Assembly (NCBI GenBank): GCA_038062955.1 | Contig: JBBTWE010000001.1 | Coordinates: 101,411 to 165,410, forward strand | From: Patescibacteria group bacterium | GTDB lineage: Bacteria; Patescibacteriota; Minisyncoccia; Phycocordibacterales; BOKC01 | Direction of reading: 5' to 3' | DNA length: 64,000 bases | Shown here: positions 37,119-46,987 of the stretch, piece by piece | Layout: each line of letters opens with the position of its first letter | Numbering within the stretch: the stretch's first letter is position 1 | Notes under the pieces: model-generated | What the model was told of the DNA's origin: nothing | The model's database searches: none | What the model saw: only the letters and a program-made list of their open reading frames with translations | Program-made: the position numbers and the translations under genes

Positions 37119-37164
37119 AAATAACATTCTCACATACTTGAGAATGTGAGAATGTTATTTTTTA
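37119..37164. repeat. 40-nt hairpin element R5, second copy (AATAACATTCTCACATACTTGAGAATGTGAGAATGTTATT plus T-run)
   Basis: Direct read; overlaps 3' end of miaA. Confidence 0.8.
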
Positions 37165-38114
37165 GGTATGACAAAATCTTTCACCAACTTTTCTATCTTT
37201 TTTAATTCTGAAGGCTCAAACCAATTTATTCTTTTATCTCTCTTAAACCAGGTTCTCTGTCTTTTTACGAAATGCCATATTTCTATTTGAAGACTACTTA
37301 CCATTTCTTTTTCTGTAATTTCTCCTTTCAAATATTTAGCTAAAAATTTATATTCGAGTCCCAACTCAATCATTCGTTTAAAAGACAATCCTTGTTCATG
37401 TAGAGTTCTGGCTTCTTCAATCATTCCGATTTTTATCCTCTCCATTAAACGAGTTCCAATTTTTTGTTTGAGAATTTCATCAGGCAAATCAAGTCCGATA
37501 AATAGGGGACTATACTTGAGAGAATCCTTTTTTAACACTGGGACACTTCCAATTTCTTTTGCTATTTCGATTGCTCTTATGAGGCGTCTCGGGTTTTGTC
37601 TCTCGATCGAATCAGCTCTTTTCGGATCTAATTTTTTTAGAATTTCAAAAAGCTCGGCGGGAGTTTTCTTGTCCAATTTCTTTCGCAGACTAATATTGGG
37701 GGAGACTTCAGGTAAAACTAAATTATCAACCAAGGCTTGAATATAAAATCCAGTACCTCCACAAATAATTGGAAGCTGACCTCTCTTTAAAATGTCCTCA
37801 ATTGCTTTTTCTGCTTTTTCCTTAAAATCTGTAACACTAAATTTTCGTTTCGGATTTGCAATATCTAAAAGATGGTGGGGAACACCCATCATCTCTTTTT
37901 CCGTGATTTTCCCTGAACCAATATCAAGACCTTTATACACTTGTCTCGAATCAGCCGAGATTATTTCTCCGTTAAATTTTTTGGCAATTTGCACAGCCAA
38001 ACTACTCTTTCCGGTTGCGGTCGGACCTAGTATCACTATTATTTTAGGTTTTAATTCATTATTCATTTTATAAAAAAAAGCTCCTGAAGTCGTAAAACTG
38101 TTAGGAGCTCTCAT
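37155..38114 (-). CDS. miaA: tRNA dimethylallyltransferase
   Basis: P-loop GPTATGKS, SADSRQVYKGLDIGSGK; 319 aa. Confidence 0.9.
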   Translation of the reverse strand: MRAPNSFTTSGAFFYKMNNELKPKIIVILGPTATGKSSLAVQIAKKFNGEIISADSRQVYKGLDIGSGKITEKEMMGVPHHLLDIANPKRKFSVTDFKEKAEKAIEDILKRGQLPIICGGTGFYIQALVDNLVLPEVSPNISLRKKLDKKTPAELFEILKKLDPKRADSIERQNPRRLIRAIEIAKEIGSVPVLKKDSLKYSPLFIGLDLPDEILKQKIGTRLMERIKIGMIEEARTLHEQGLSFKRMIELGLEYKFLAKYLKGEITEKEMVSSLQIEIWHFVKRQRTWFKRDKRINWFEPSELKKIEKLVKDFVIPKK

Positions 38115-38445
38115 GGATTGTAGGTCTTGGCACTCTACCTCTCAAGTTTTGCAACATCAGATTCTTCATTATCTGCCTTTTTTTCAGTTTGTAATGAAAA
38201 AACTGAAAAATGATAATCGAACCAAGACCGATTCCTGGCACTGCAGACCATAACAATACGTTGTTTTGGTGGATCCATCCGTATACACCCATAGACACAA
38301 GAGAACATGCTCCAAGAAAGTAGAGGAGTGGATGAATCGCTTCTGTGCTCTTTGGATCGCGATAATTCTTCCACACTTGCGCTGAGAACCCGACAAGATA
38401 GAGAAGAATGGTTGAAACAACGACAAACACTTCTGAAGTATCCAT
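38101..38445 (-). CDS. hypothetical small membrane protein (3-4 TM)
   Basis: 114-aa hydrophobic ORF at the edge of the GC-rich tract. Confidence 0.35.
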   Translation of the reverse strand: MDTSEVFVVVSTILLYLVGFSAQVWKNYRDPKSTEAIHPLLYFLGACSLVSMGVYGWIHQNNVLLWSAVPGIGLGSIIIFQFFHYKLKKRQIMKNLMLQNLRGRVPRPTIHESS

Positions 38446-38589
38446 ACCAATCCTAATGGTAATTTGTTTCTGAAGAACTTATCATCGGAACGTCCGATAA
38501 TTTCTGCCATTCAGGTTGTATTATTTGCCCACAAAAGTCAACGCATAAAAAAAGCGCGCATACCACTAGGGTTGCGCGCCGGGGAACTC

Positions 38590-39513
38590 TCATGGACCAG
38601 TTCCAAAGTACTCTCCAAAGCCGCTAGAGTTCATCTCGATGATTCCCACAGTGGAGAGTAGGAACATCAATGGTCCACTGACCACAAGCATGAGACCAAA
38701 CCCGTAAAATAGCAGTCCGGCAATCCAGATTGCCACTGCAGGCAGGAAGACTCTCATGACATTCTGAACGTGACTCTTCGAGCCTAGGAGTCTCATCGTT
38801 TCTGGGTCACGGACATGCTCTACCAAGGAAGGCTTCCACTTGGCTTCTGCCACTATTTGGCCCAAGACTTCGCAGATGATACGGCAGTCGAGATTTATCC
38901 GCGGACGACCACCATCGTTTCGTAGTCGCGGGTTTGTAATCTCGAACCGGTATTGGTAGGTATCTCCCAAACGGAGTGGGGCGAAGTATTTTACCTCACC
39001 GTAGCCACGCGTGATGATCTCCACAGGTGTTTCGAGCAGTCTCGGTAGTAGTTCGACAAACTGTCCTTCTGCTCGTGCCAAAACACCTACTCCATGAGAC
39101 ACGGTCCCTTGGAAGAACGATTTTTTGGAAAAAGCAGATTGGCAGTGGGCGGGATTCCAATCTCCTCCTGCTAGCGAATGAAGAAGAATGTGCCATCTTC
39201 CTAAACGCTTTGGTTTCGAAGTGAACACAAGCGATTGTGGTTTTTGAAGCCACTCACACAAATGTCCGACAGACTTGAAACGGTGCACTAGGTCTCCTTT
39301 TGAAGGTTCAGGTCTTGGTTTTACTGGTTGTCCAGTTCTAATGTCCAAAATAACACATCTTAATAAAAAAGTAAAGCCTTGTATCAAGGCGGCACACATT
39401 GATCTTGTAAATTTAAATAGAAGAAAACCACCAGAGGTCTTGCGACGTGGTGGTTTTTGACCGAGTGCGAAGCTCGGTGGTCGAGGTTGTCTCAGCGAGG
39501 TCCGACACGCCAA
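38590..39513 (-). CDS. MaoC-like hotdog-fold protein with C-terminal membrane anchor (start uncertain, possibly near 39399)
   Basis: GDWNPAH...SHGVGVL (MaoC/hotdog GDxNPxH signature); C-terminal helices VFLPAVAIWIAGLLFYGFGLMLVVSGPLMFLL; GC about 50%. Confidence 0.45.
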   Translation of the reverse strand: MACRTSLRQPRPPSFALGQKPPRRKTSGGFLLFKFTRSMCAALIQGFTFLLRCVILDIRTGQPVKPRPEPSKGDLVHRFKSVGHLCEWLQKPQSLVFTSKPKRLGRWHILLHSLAGGDWNPAHCQSAFSKKSFFQGTVSHGVGVLARAEGQFVELLPRLLETPVEIITRGYGEVKYFAPLRLGDTYQYRFEITNPRLRNDGGRPRINLDCRIICEVLGQIVAEAKWKPSLVEHVRDPETMRLLGSKSHVQNVMRVFLPAVAIWIAGLLFYGFGLMLVVSGPLMFLLSTVGIIEMNSSGFGEYFGTGP

Positions 39514-39743
39514 CCGAGCATACCCTCGACTTGGACCGGCTCGACCAGGCTAGCGGTGGTGAACTTGAGCCCACCAAGACTGCGGAATGAGCTGATCCGC
39601 ATCGTGGCGCCGGATTGGATGTCTTCCACGAAGATCTCGCTCATGTGGTTCCTGTAAACCCGCACGAGACCATTCTCGAAAAGAACAGGGAACATCTCGC
39701 TGTCGTGCTCGTGCCTCGCTGTCGTCGTGGTCTGTTGTGTCAT
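39492..39743 (-). CDS. hypothetical protein (GC-rich)
   Basis: 83-aa ORF in the high-GC tract; no family recognised. Confidence 0.25.
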   Translation of the reverse strand: MTQQTTTTARHEHDSEMFPVLFENGLVRVYRNHMSEIFVEDIQSGATMRISSFRSLGGLKFTTASLVEPVQVEGMLGWRVGPR

Positions 39744-39832
39744 GCGGTACCTCCTTGGTTGGGTTTGTGGTCTTGCTAGAGGATACTACAACTGGTCAAA
39801 AAAGTCAAGGGCTATATTTTGGACATCAAAAA

Positions 39833-39919
39833 TGGTGCCGCTGGTCGGACTCGAACCGACACGGGGTTTCCCCCTCAACATTTTGAGTGTTGCGTGTATA
39901 CCAATTTCACCACAGCGGC
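39833..39919 (-). tRNA. tRNA-Leu (CAA) with encoded CCA
   Basis: Reverse complement: acceptor GCCGCTG/CAGCGGC, anticodon stem CAACA/TGTTG, loop CTCAAAA, variable arm AGGGGGAAACCCCGT, T-loop TTCGAGT, then ACCA. Confidence 0.85.
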
Positions 39920-40050
39920 GTGAATATGACTATTCTACCCTAAAAAAACCGAAAATCAATTTAATTTGTCCCGCAATAAGTCTTCAGAAGACTTTTTGAT
40001 TTTTGTATGATCATGATAAAATAAAGAGAACTAAATCTTGAAAATCAGCC

Positions 40051-41043
40051 ATGGCATCTCAATTTTATAACAATTCAGTTTTTTGGATAGAAGTTGATAA
40101 GATCAAACCAAATCCTCATCAGCCACGAAAAGAGTTTGATGAAGGACAGCTTCGAGGTCTCGCGGACTCTATAAGGCAATATGGCGTGCTTCAGGCACTT
40201 GTCGTTACTCGCCAAGAAATTCCAAAAGAGGATGGTGGTCTTGCTGTTGAATATGAATTAGTTGCAGGAGAGAGAAGACTCCGAGCCTCAAAACTCGCAG
40301 GGCTTTCCCAAGTGCCGGTTTTAATTCGAGTTGTTGAAGATTCGGATTTGATGAAACTCGAGCTTGCGATTATCGAAAATATTCAAAGGGAAGACTTAAA
40401 TTCAGTCGACCGCGCTCGGGCATTTGCTCGTCTCGCAGAAGAATTCAAATTCAAACATCACCAGATTGCTGACAAGGTGGGAAAGAGTAGGGAATACGTT
40501 TCTAACAGTCTTCGAATTTTGTCCCTGCCAGAAGCGATTCTACAAGCCTTAAGCGAAGGAAAAATCACAGAAGGTCATACTAGACCTCTTCTCATGCTAA
40601 TCGATAGGCCGGCGGAACAAGACACATTGTTTAAAGAAATCGTGGCGAGACAACTTACAGTGCGTGAAGCTGAAGCAATTTCTCGTCGTATTGCTTTTGA
40701 TAAGATTCGCAAAAAAGATATAGATCCTTTGACTCAAGCGATTGAACAAGAGTTAAGTAGTACTTTAGGAACCAGAGTCCACATTGAGAGAGGGGAGAAT
40801 GGCGGCAAAATTTCCATTGATTTCTTTTCTGAAGATGAGCTTGATGGAATTTTAAATGTGATTCAGAAAGAAAAAAGCGAGAAAGTTAAAAGTTTAGAAC
40901 AAGCTAGAGACGCGCAGAAAGCAGAGCTTTCCGATGCGCCAGTGATTCTTACTTCCGAAACAGCTCTATTAGACGATCGCTCAAAAGAAGAGAAAGAGGA
41001 GAGTGATGAGGAGTTGTATTCTATAAAAAACTTTTCCATATAG
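40051..41043 (+). CDS. parB: chromosome partitioning protein ParB/Spo0J
   Basis: ParB box GERRLRAS, HTH region, 330 aa with acidic C-terminus. Confidence 0.9.
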   Translation: MASQFYNNSVFWIEVDKIKPNPHQPRKEFDEGQLRGLADSIRQYGVLQALVVTRQEIPKEDGGLAVEYELVAGERRLRASKLAGLSQVPVLIRVVEDSDLMKLELAIIENIQREDLNSVDRARAFARLAEEFKFKHHQIADKVGKSREYVSNSLRILSLPEAILQALSEGKITEGHTRPLLMLIDRPAEQDTLFKEIVARQLTVREAEAISRRIAFDKIRKKDIDPLTQAIEQELSSTLGTRVHIERGENGGKISIDFFSEDELDGILNVIQKEKSEKVKSLEQARDAQKAELSDAPVILTSETALLDDRSKEEKEESDEELYSIKNFSI

Positions 41044-41082
41044 AACTTCCAAATTCAGCGCATCCCATCGTTGCTCGCGCCT

Positions 41083-41147
41083 GATTTTTGCCATTCAAAA
41101 ATCATGTCGTAAGATTTTCTACAACATAGTTGTGGAAAATTTACGAC
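41083..41147 (+). repeat. R2-related element (copy of 25888..25957)
   Basis: GATTTTTGCCATTCAAAAATCATGTCGTAAGATTTTCTACAACATAGTTGTGGAAAATTTACGAC. Confidence 0.7.
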
Positions 41148-41394
41148 TGATCTGCATCCAAATTTGAAAGTTCTAATAAAAAAAGAGCCTTGTGAAATGA
41201 ATCTCACAAAAGGCTCTGTTACTCTATCTCTTTGGGTTCATTGAGTACGGTTAGAACCCCGAAGATAACCGCCAAAAAGACCAATAAGGTCATCCTTGTC
41301 ATGTTGTTGTCGTTAGCCGACACTATGGCGGAAGCGCCGCACAAAATGCATAGACCAAAGGAAATATTGGCCGAGAGATTGGATGGCACAGATC

Positions 41395-41607
41395 TCATTT
41401 TTCTGATGGGTTAGGGGTGTCGATTGGCACTACCATGGCCAATACCATAATGACGCCGAAGCCGGAGATGATTGTCCAAAATATGCCAGTGTCTATCATT
41501 TCCTTATCACCACCGAGCATCAGTTCCATAAGACAAAAACTCGCACTTCCGGCGAATCCGATGACGAACAGCGAAAGCAGATAGAAGTTTATCTTTCCCC
41601 AGCTCAT
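41395..41607 (-). CDS. hypothetical small membrane protein
   Basis: 70 aa, two TM helices. Confidence 0.3.
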   Translation of the reverse strand: MSWGKINFYLLSLFVIGFAGSASFCLMELMLGGDKEMIDTGIFWTIISGFGVIMVLAMVVPIDTPNPSEK

Positions 41608-41650
41608 GGTTCTTCTCGGTGGTTAGGGTTTGACGAGGGGGTACGCGATT

Positions 41651-41884
41651 TCATGCTCTATCGCTTTGTTTCGGTCTTATAACGACGAGCACAGCAACTA
41701 CTACCAAAACAGCCATAAGCACCGAGCTTACTGTTGTTCCGGTCCAATCTTGTTTCGTTATATAATTGAACGCTAAACAAAGCATAGAAACACAGGCGAT
41801 GACACACAAAACAGACAGTGTTGTCCTGCACTTCTTACCCATGGTTTTTTCCAAAGAGCTGTTACCACGATCCCGTCGTGGCAC
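41651..41884 (-). CDS. hypothetical small membrane protein
   Basis: 77 aa, two TM helices. Confidence 0.3.
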   Translation of the reverse strand: MPRRDRGNSSLEKTMGKKCRTTLSVLCVIACVSMLCLAFNYITKQDWTGTTVSSVLMAVLVVVAVLVVIRPKQSDRA

Positions 41885-41984
41885 GGATTCCTGAAGACTT
41901 CAGAAATTCTTTAAGCATGCTACAACTTGTATTTTCTGTGTCAAGAAAGATGTGTCTTTAATGTCTCTAAATTTCCTTAATCCT

Positions 41985-43508
41985 CTACTTCTGTTTATCC
42001 AGTGCCATTTTTATCTGCTTTTGAGCGAAGCTGGTTTTGGCAACCTGAAGCCATTTTTCTGAAGGGTGACTATTAGGTTTTGTTTGTATTTCTATAACAT
42101 CGCCATTTTGAAGTTTGGTATCAAGCGCAACAAATTTAGCATTTACTTTCGCTCCAAAAATATGATTGCCGATATCAGAGTGAATAGCATAGGCAAAATC
42201 TATCGGGGTTGATTCTATTGGAATATCAAGCACGTCTCCTTTTGGTGTGAAAACAAAAATTCTTTCTTTGAAGAAATCCGCTTTTAAATTTTCAATAAAT
42301 TTTTCACCGTGTGAAGATAACTGAAATTCTGCCAATTCTTTAACCCATCTGGGAACATCTTCCACTCCATTTTTTTCTTTATCTTTATTTCCTCTAAAAA
42401 AATCCAATCTAAAAGGCAGGAGTTTAAAAACCCATGCTAACCCAGAGTTTTCCTTATCCGCTTTTTCTTTGTAAGAAAGATGAGAAGCAACTCCAAATTC
42501 CGCCTCTTTGTGCATTTGAAGAGTTCTAATTTGAATTTCTACAATTCCTGTTTCACCAGTAAAAACGGTGGTGTGGATACTTTGATAACCATTTGGTTTT
42601 TTTGAAGCTATATAGTCTTTTATCCTTCCAGGAAGCGGTTTCCATAAGCTGTGAATAATTCCCAAAACTTTATAGCAATCTATTACTTCTCCCACAATAA
42701 TTCGGAGAGCCGAAATGTCATAGATTTTTTCAATATCCATGTCATGTTTCTTGAGTTTATTGTAAAGACTATAAAGCCCCTTTAGGCGGTAATCTGTTTT
42801 CAGAACTTTAATATTTTCTTCTCCAAATTTTTTCTGCAGGGTACGATAAACTTTCTCCAGTTTTTTTTGGGTATCGCTCCCTCTGTGTTTCATGAGCTCT
42901 TTTACTTTTTTGTAGTCTTCTGGAAAAACAAAAGGGAAGGCTGAATCTTCAAGTTGTTTTTTTAGATAGCCGATACCCAATCGATTTGCAATTGGCGCGA
43001 AAATTTCCAAAGTTTCTTCCGCGATTTCCTTTCGCTCACTTTCGGTATGGGAACCCAGCAATGCCATTTGAGCCAGCCTTAGGGCGAGCTTTATGATAAT
43101 CACTCTAATATCTTGCGACATTGCTACAAAGAGCTTGCGGAGCCCTTCCTGATGCTTTTTAACCCCATGGTATTTTAATTTTCGAAGCTTGTTTACTCCT
43201 TCAATAAGAAAAACCATTTCTTCTCCAAATTCTTTTTTTAAAATATCACTTGTTACTTTGGGGTTTTCTAGGACGGCATGAAGAAGTCCTGCGGCGATAG
43301 TTTGGCTACTGCCGTCGATGGACGCTAAGATTTTAGCTGTTTCGTACGAATGAATAAAATGTGGTTCACCAGAAATTTGTAGAATTTCTTCGTGGGTTTC
43401 TTTTGCAAATTCAAAAGCGTGAACTACAAGATCGATATCTTGCTTTTCTCGTTTATTCATTAGGTCGATAATATCTTGGGGAGAGATTTTATCTATTTCA
43501 ATCTTCAT
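41985..43508 (-). CDS. rel: bifunctional (p)ppGpp synthetase/hydrolase (RelA/SpoT homolog, short form with TGS, no ACT)
   Basis: HD domain (HSYETAKILA...LLHAVLE), synthetase domain (ALRIIV, NGYQSIHTTV), TGS (IFVFTPKGDVLDIP). Confidence 0.85.
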   Translation of the reverse strand: MKIEIDKISPQDIIDLMNKREKQDIDLVVHAFEFAKETHEEILQISGEPHFIHSYETAKILASIDGSSQTIAAGLLHAVLENPKVTSDILKKEFGEEMVFLIEGVNKLRKLKYHGVKKHQEGLRKLFVAMSQDIRVIIIKLALRLAQMALLGSHTESERKEIAEETLEIFAPIANRLGIGYLKKQLEDSAFPFVFPEDYKKVKELMKHRGSDTQKKLEKVYRTLQKKFGEENIKVLKTDYRLKGLYSLYNKLKKHDMDIEKIYDISALRIIVGEVIDCYKVLGIIHSLWKPLPGRIKDYIASKKPNGYQSIHTTVFTGETGIVEIQIRTLQMHKEAEFGVASHLSYKEKADKENSGLAWVFKLLPFRLDFFRGNKDKEKNGVEDVPRWVKELAEFQLSSHGEKFIENLKADFFKERIFVFTPKGDVLDIPIESTPIDFAYAIHSDIGNHIFGAKVNAKFVALDTKLQNGDVIEIQTKPNSHPSEKWLQVAKTSFAQKQIKMALDKQK

Positions 43509-43522
43509 TATAAATTTTGAAT

Positions 43523-45694
43523 TTAGTCTTTGTTTAGTTTATGCGGATTATGGTTAGGGCAGGTTTTGTCGCTGCAACGTTCGGGAATGGTTTTTGTGCC
43601 AGCCATCATTAGAGCTCCGCACATAGAACATTTTGCTCCAGTCGGTTTTGCTTTGATGGTAAATTTACACTTAGGATAATTGGTGCATGCGTAGAAGATA
43701 CCAAACCTACCTTTTTTTTCTGTTAATACTCCATCACTACATTGTGTACATTTAACTCCCGTAGAATTCTTTCTTTCTTGTTCGGGATCTTTTTTTATAT
43801 ATTTGCACTTTGGGTATTTGTTGCATGAGATGAATCTGCCGAACTTACCATCTCTTTCAATCAGTTTTCCATCTTTACATTCCGGGCACGCTTCGCCTGT
43901 TTCCTTCGGTCCCTCAAGTTCCTTTCCGTCAATTGTTCTTGCACCATTACAATCAGGAAATTTCTTACAACTTAAAAACTTGCCAGCCTTGCCCAGCTTT
44001 ATAATCATGGCTTCACCGCAAACTGGGCATTTAAATTCTGCCGGCGCGTCTCCCAAGTTGGTAGCTTTTTCTAATTTTTGTTTTTCTTTTATTTCTTTCG
44101 AAAAAGGTTTGTAGAAATCTTTTAAAGTTTTTTCATACCCGCGTTTGCCTTCCGCGATAAGGTCGAGACTATCTTCCATTTCGGCAGTGAAAGAATCGCT
44201 GATATAGCTCCCAAAATTTGTTTCAAGAAATGAACTTACCACATCTCCAGTGTCGGTAGGATGCAGACTTTTGTTTATTTTTTCCACATAACCGCGATCT
44301 TCAATGGTTTTAATGATGGAGGCGTAAGTAGAAGGTCGGCCGATGCCTCTTTTTTCAAGTTCCTTAACCAAACCGGCTTCTGTATACCTTGGTAATGGTT
44401 CAGTTTCTTTTTCTTCTGAATTTATTTCAACAAGTTTCAACTCCTCGTCCTTTTTAAGCTCTGGTAAAATAACATCTTCTCCTTTTGCTTCCGGATCTCC
44501 ACGAAGCCATCCGTCAAAAAGAATTCTAGAACCATTTATGAAAAAATCAGGAATTTGTCCTTCATTTATTTTAGTTGTGACTTTAGTTCGAAGAATTTTA
44601 GCATCGCTCATTTGAGAAGCGATTGTTCTTTGCCAGATAAGTCTATACAACCTATTTTGTTCTTCGTTATTTCCAGCGTTTTCCACTCCAATATTTGTAG
44701 GTCGGACTGCCTCATGAGCTTCCTGGGCACTCTTGCTTTTTTTGGTGTAGATTCTTGGAGAGTTGTATTCTTTGCCAAATTTTTTATCGATTATGTCGCT
44801 AATCTGACTTTTTGCCCCAGCGCTTAAAGTGGTGCTATCAGTTCTCATGTATGTAATGAATCCTGCCTCATATAATTTTTGAGCAACTCCCATTGTTTTG
44901 GAAGGCGAAAATCCTAGGCGAGAACTGGCTGATTGTTGAAGGGTTGAGGTGATGAATGGCGCTTTGGGAGATCTTTTTGCTTCTGTTTCTTTAATTTCTG
45001 AAATAATCCATTTTCCTTTTTTCCCAACTTCTAAAATTTTTAATACTTCAGCGTGGTCGGTTGGTTCTTCAGAACAAGTCAAAATAAAACCAACATTTTT
45101 TTTATTTTGGACGGAGGCCGTGATCACCCAAAACTTATTGCTTTTAAAAGCTCGAATTTCACGCTCTCGTTCCATTATTATTCGGAGAGCGGGGGATTGA
45201 ACGCGTCCAGCCGAAAGGCCGTATCTAACTTTTTTCCAGATAAGTCCGGAGAGATCATAGCCCACGAGCCTATCAAGAACACGCCTAGCTTCTTGAGCAA
45301 TACGTAAATTTTGATCTATGAGGCGAGGGTTTTTAATTGCTTCTAGAATCGCTTCTTTGGTGATTTCGTGATAAACAACTCTTTTGGGGTTTTTAATATT
45401 TGCGGCTTCTGCAATATGCCATGCGATTGCTTCGCCTTCGCGGTCGGGGTCGGTTGCAAGATAGACGATTTCACTTTTTTTTGCAGCTTCTTTTATCTCG
45501 TCGATTATTTTTTCTTTTCCTTTTACAGTTTCGTAATGGGGAATAAAACCACCCTCGATGTCGATGGCTTTTTTGTTGCTTTTAGGTAGATCTCGAATGT
45601 GTCCCACAGAAGACGTTACAATAAAATCTTTTCCAAGATATTTTGAAATTGTTTTTGCTTTGGCGGGGGATTCAACAATAAATAAATTAGGCAT
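43523..45694 (-). CDS. topA: DNA topoisomerase I
   Basis: Toprim N-terminus LFIVESPAKAKTI, catalytic core, four C-terminal C4 zinc ribbons; 723 aa. Confidence 0.95.
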   Translation of the reverse strand: MPNLFIVESPAKAKTISKYLGKDFIVTSSVGHIRDLPKSNKKAIDIEGGFIPHYETVKGKEKIIDEIKEAAKKSEIVYLATDPDREGEAIAWHIAEAANIKNPKRVVYHEITKEAILEAIKNPRLIDQNLRIAQEARRVLDRLVGYDLSGLIWKKVRYGLSAGRVQSPALRIIMEREREIRAFKSNKFWVITASVQNKKNVGFILTCSEEPTDHAEVLKILEVGKKGKWIISEIKETEAKRSPKAPFITSTLQQSASSRLGFSPSKTMGVAQKLYEAGFITYMRTDSTTLSAGAKSQISDIIDKKFGKEYNSPRIYTKKSKSAQEAHEAVRPTNIGVENAGNNEEQNRLYRLIWQRTIASQMSDAKILRTKVTTKINEGQIPDFFINGSRILFDGWLRGDPEAKGEDVILPELKKDEELKLVEINSEEKETEPLPRYTEAGLVKELEKRGIGRPSTYASIIKTIEDRGYVEKINKSLHPTDTGDVVSSFLETNFGSYISDSFTAEMEDSLDLIAEGKRGYEKTLKDFYKPFSKEIKEKQKLEKATNLGDAPAEFKCPVCGEAMIIKLGKAGKFLSCKKFPDCNGARTIDGKELEGPKETGEACPECKDGKLIERDGKFGRFISCNKYPKCKYIKKDPEQERKNSTGVKCTQCSDGVLTEKKGRFGIFYACTNYPKCKFTIKAKPTGAKCSMCGALMMAGTKTIPERCSDKTCPNHNPHKLNKD

Positions 45695-45991
45695 TTGTAT
45701 TCATTACTACTATAGAGGAAGTTAAAAGTCAAAAAAGAAATACAATTTATAAAGAAATTTTTTAGATAAAAAATTAGCCCCCGACCAGCAAGCTGGCCAG
45801 GGACTTAAGAGGAATCGCTAATTTCTTTGTAGCTTCATACAGAGTATGACCACCAAACAGGAAGAAAGAATGCCATGAGGAGGTTTTGGTTTTCACCACC
45901 CTCCCTACTGCCCCCTCCGAAGAGAGAGCCAGAATCATCCCTAAAACTGTTTGGATTTCTGCGACTCCTATACGTGACATGATAGCATACC

Positions 45992-46969
45992 TATAATTTT
46001 TGTCAATAGGAAATTTGCACACTTATCCCTTGACAACAAAACAGCCATTTGCTAAGATGGATGTATGGCAAAAGAAACCAAATATTCAATAAGAGATTTA
46101 AAGAGGGATTTCCCTACAGACGAAGCCTGTTTAGCCTTGATATTTGATACCCTACATAGCCGTAAATGCTCATGTGGAGGCGAATACAAGCAAGTTAAAG
46201 GCCGTAAGCAGTTCTACTGCTCTAATTGCCGTTATCAAATAGCCCCTACTGCAAATACAATCTTCAATAAGTCAGATACTCCACTATCTTTGTGGTTTCA
46301 TGCAATCTTTATATTCTCAAACGCTAAGAGCGGTATTTCCGCAAAAGAAATGGAAAGACAGCTCGGTGTTACCTACAAGTGTGCTTGGAGGATTCTTTCT
46401 ATGATTAGAAAGTCCTTAAAGCAAGACAACACCAAACTTAAAGGCGAAGTCGAGATAGATACTGGTTTCTTTGGGGGTAAAGGATATGGTGGAGAAAACA
46501 ACGAACGATTAAGTCATGTCATGACGAAGAAATCTATTGTTAACGTAGCCGTAGAAAGAGGTGGAAAGATTAAGGCAGAAATCATACCCGTAGCTTCTGC
46601 TCAAATCATGGAATCTTTTATCAAAAGAAACATTGAATCAAAAGCTACAAAGATATTCACTGATACCAGTGCTGTGTATGTGAGGAGCGATATAGTTTAC
46701 AAACGAGAATCTGTAAATCACTCTAAGAAAGAATACGTTAGAGGCAAAGCCCACGTTAATACTGTGGAGACATTTTTCTCGCATTTAAAGCGAAGTATAA
46801 AAGGTACATTCAAAGCTATTTCGAAACAGCATTTACAGTCTTACTTGGATGCTTTTGTCTTTCATTACAACAACCGAGGCAACGACAATCAGCGTTTCGG
46901 GGTTTTATTGAATACTTTATTGCGTGCTTAAGGATGGAGAGGAATTTGGATTTAGTCATAATTTTGTAT
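45992..46969 (+). mobile_element. IS1595-family insertion sequence (boundaries approximate; possible 8-bp direct repeat ATAATTTT)
   Basis: Single transposase ORF with its own TTGACA-17-TAAGAT promoter. ATAATTTT occurs just outside both ends. Terminal inverted repeats not confidently resolved. Confidence 0.55.
46065..46931 (+). CDS. IS1595-family (ISXO2-like) transposase
   Basis: N-terminal transposase zinc-ribbon (C..C...C..C), DDE_Tnp_IS1595-like core; 288 aa. Confidence 0.8.
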   Translation: MAKETKYSIRDLKRDFPTDEACLALIFDTLHSRKCSCGGEYKQVKGRKQFYCSNCRYQIAPTANTIFNKSDTPLSLWFHAIFIFSNAKSGISAKEMERQLGVTYKCAWRILSMIRKSLKQDNTKLKGEVEIDTGFFGGKGYGGENNERLSHVMTKKSIVNVAVERGGKIKAEIIPVASAQIMESFIKRNIESKATKIFTDTSAVYVRSDIVYKRESVNHSKKEYVRGKAHVNTVETFFSHLKRSIKGTFKAISKQHLQSYLDAFVFHYNNRGNDNQRFGVLLNTLLRA

Positions 46970-46987
46970 ATAATGGCATAAAAATCT

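Noticed and set aside
38996-39657. Several 60-85-aa ORFs on both strands inside the MaoC-like GC-rich tract
   Set aside because: They nest within or are antisense to the longer hotdog-motif frame. GC-rich composition makes them unreliable.
45774-46022. 82-aa minus-strand ORF between topA and the IS
   Set aside because: It overlaps the IS transposase promoter and the putative IS left end, with no recognisable features. It may be a gene fragment disrupted by the IS, but there is not enough evidence to call it.
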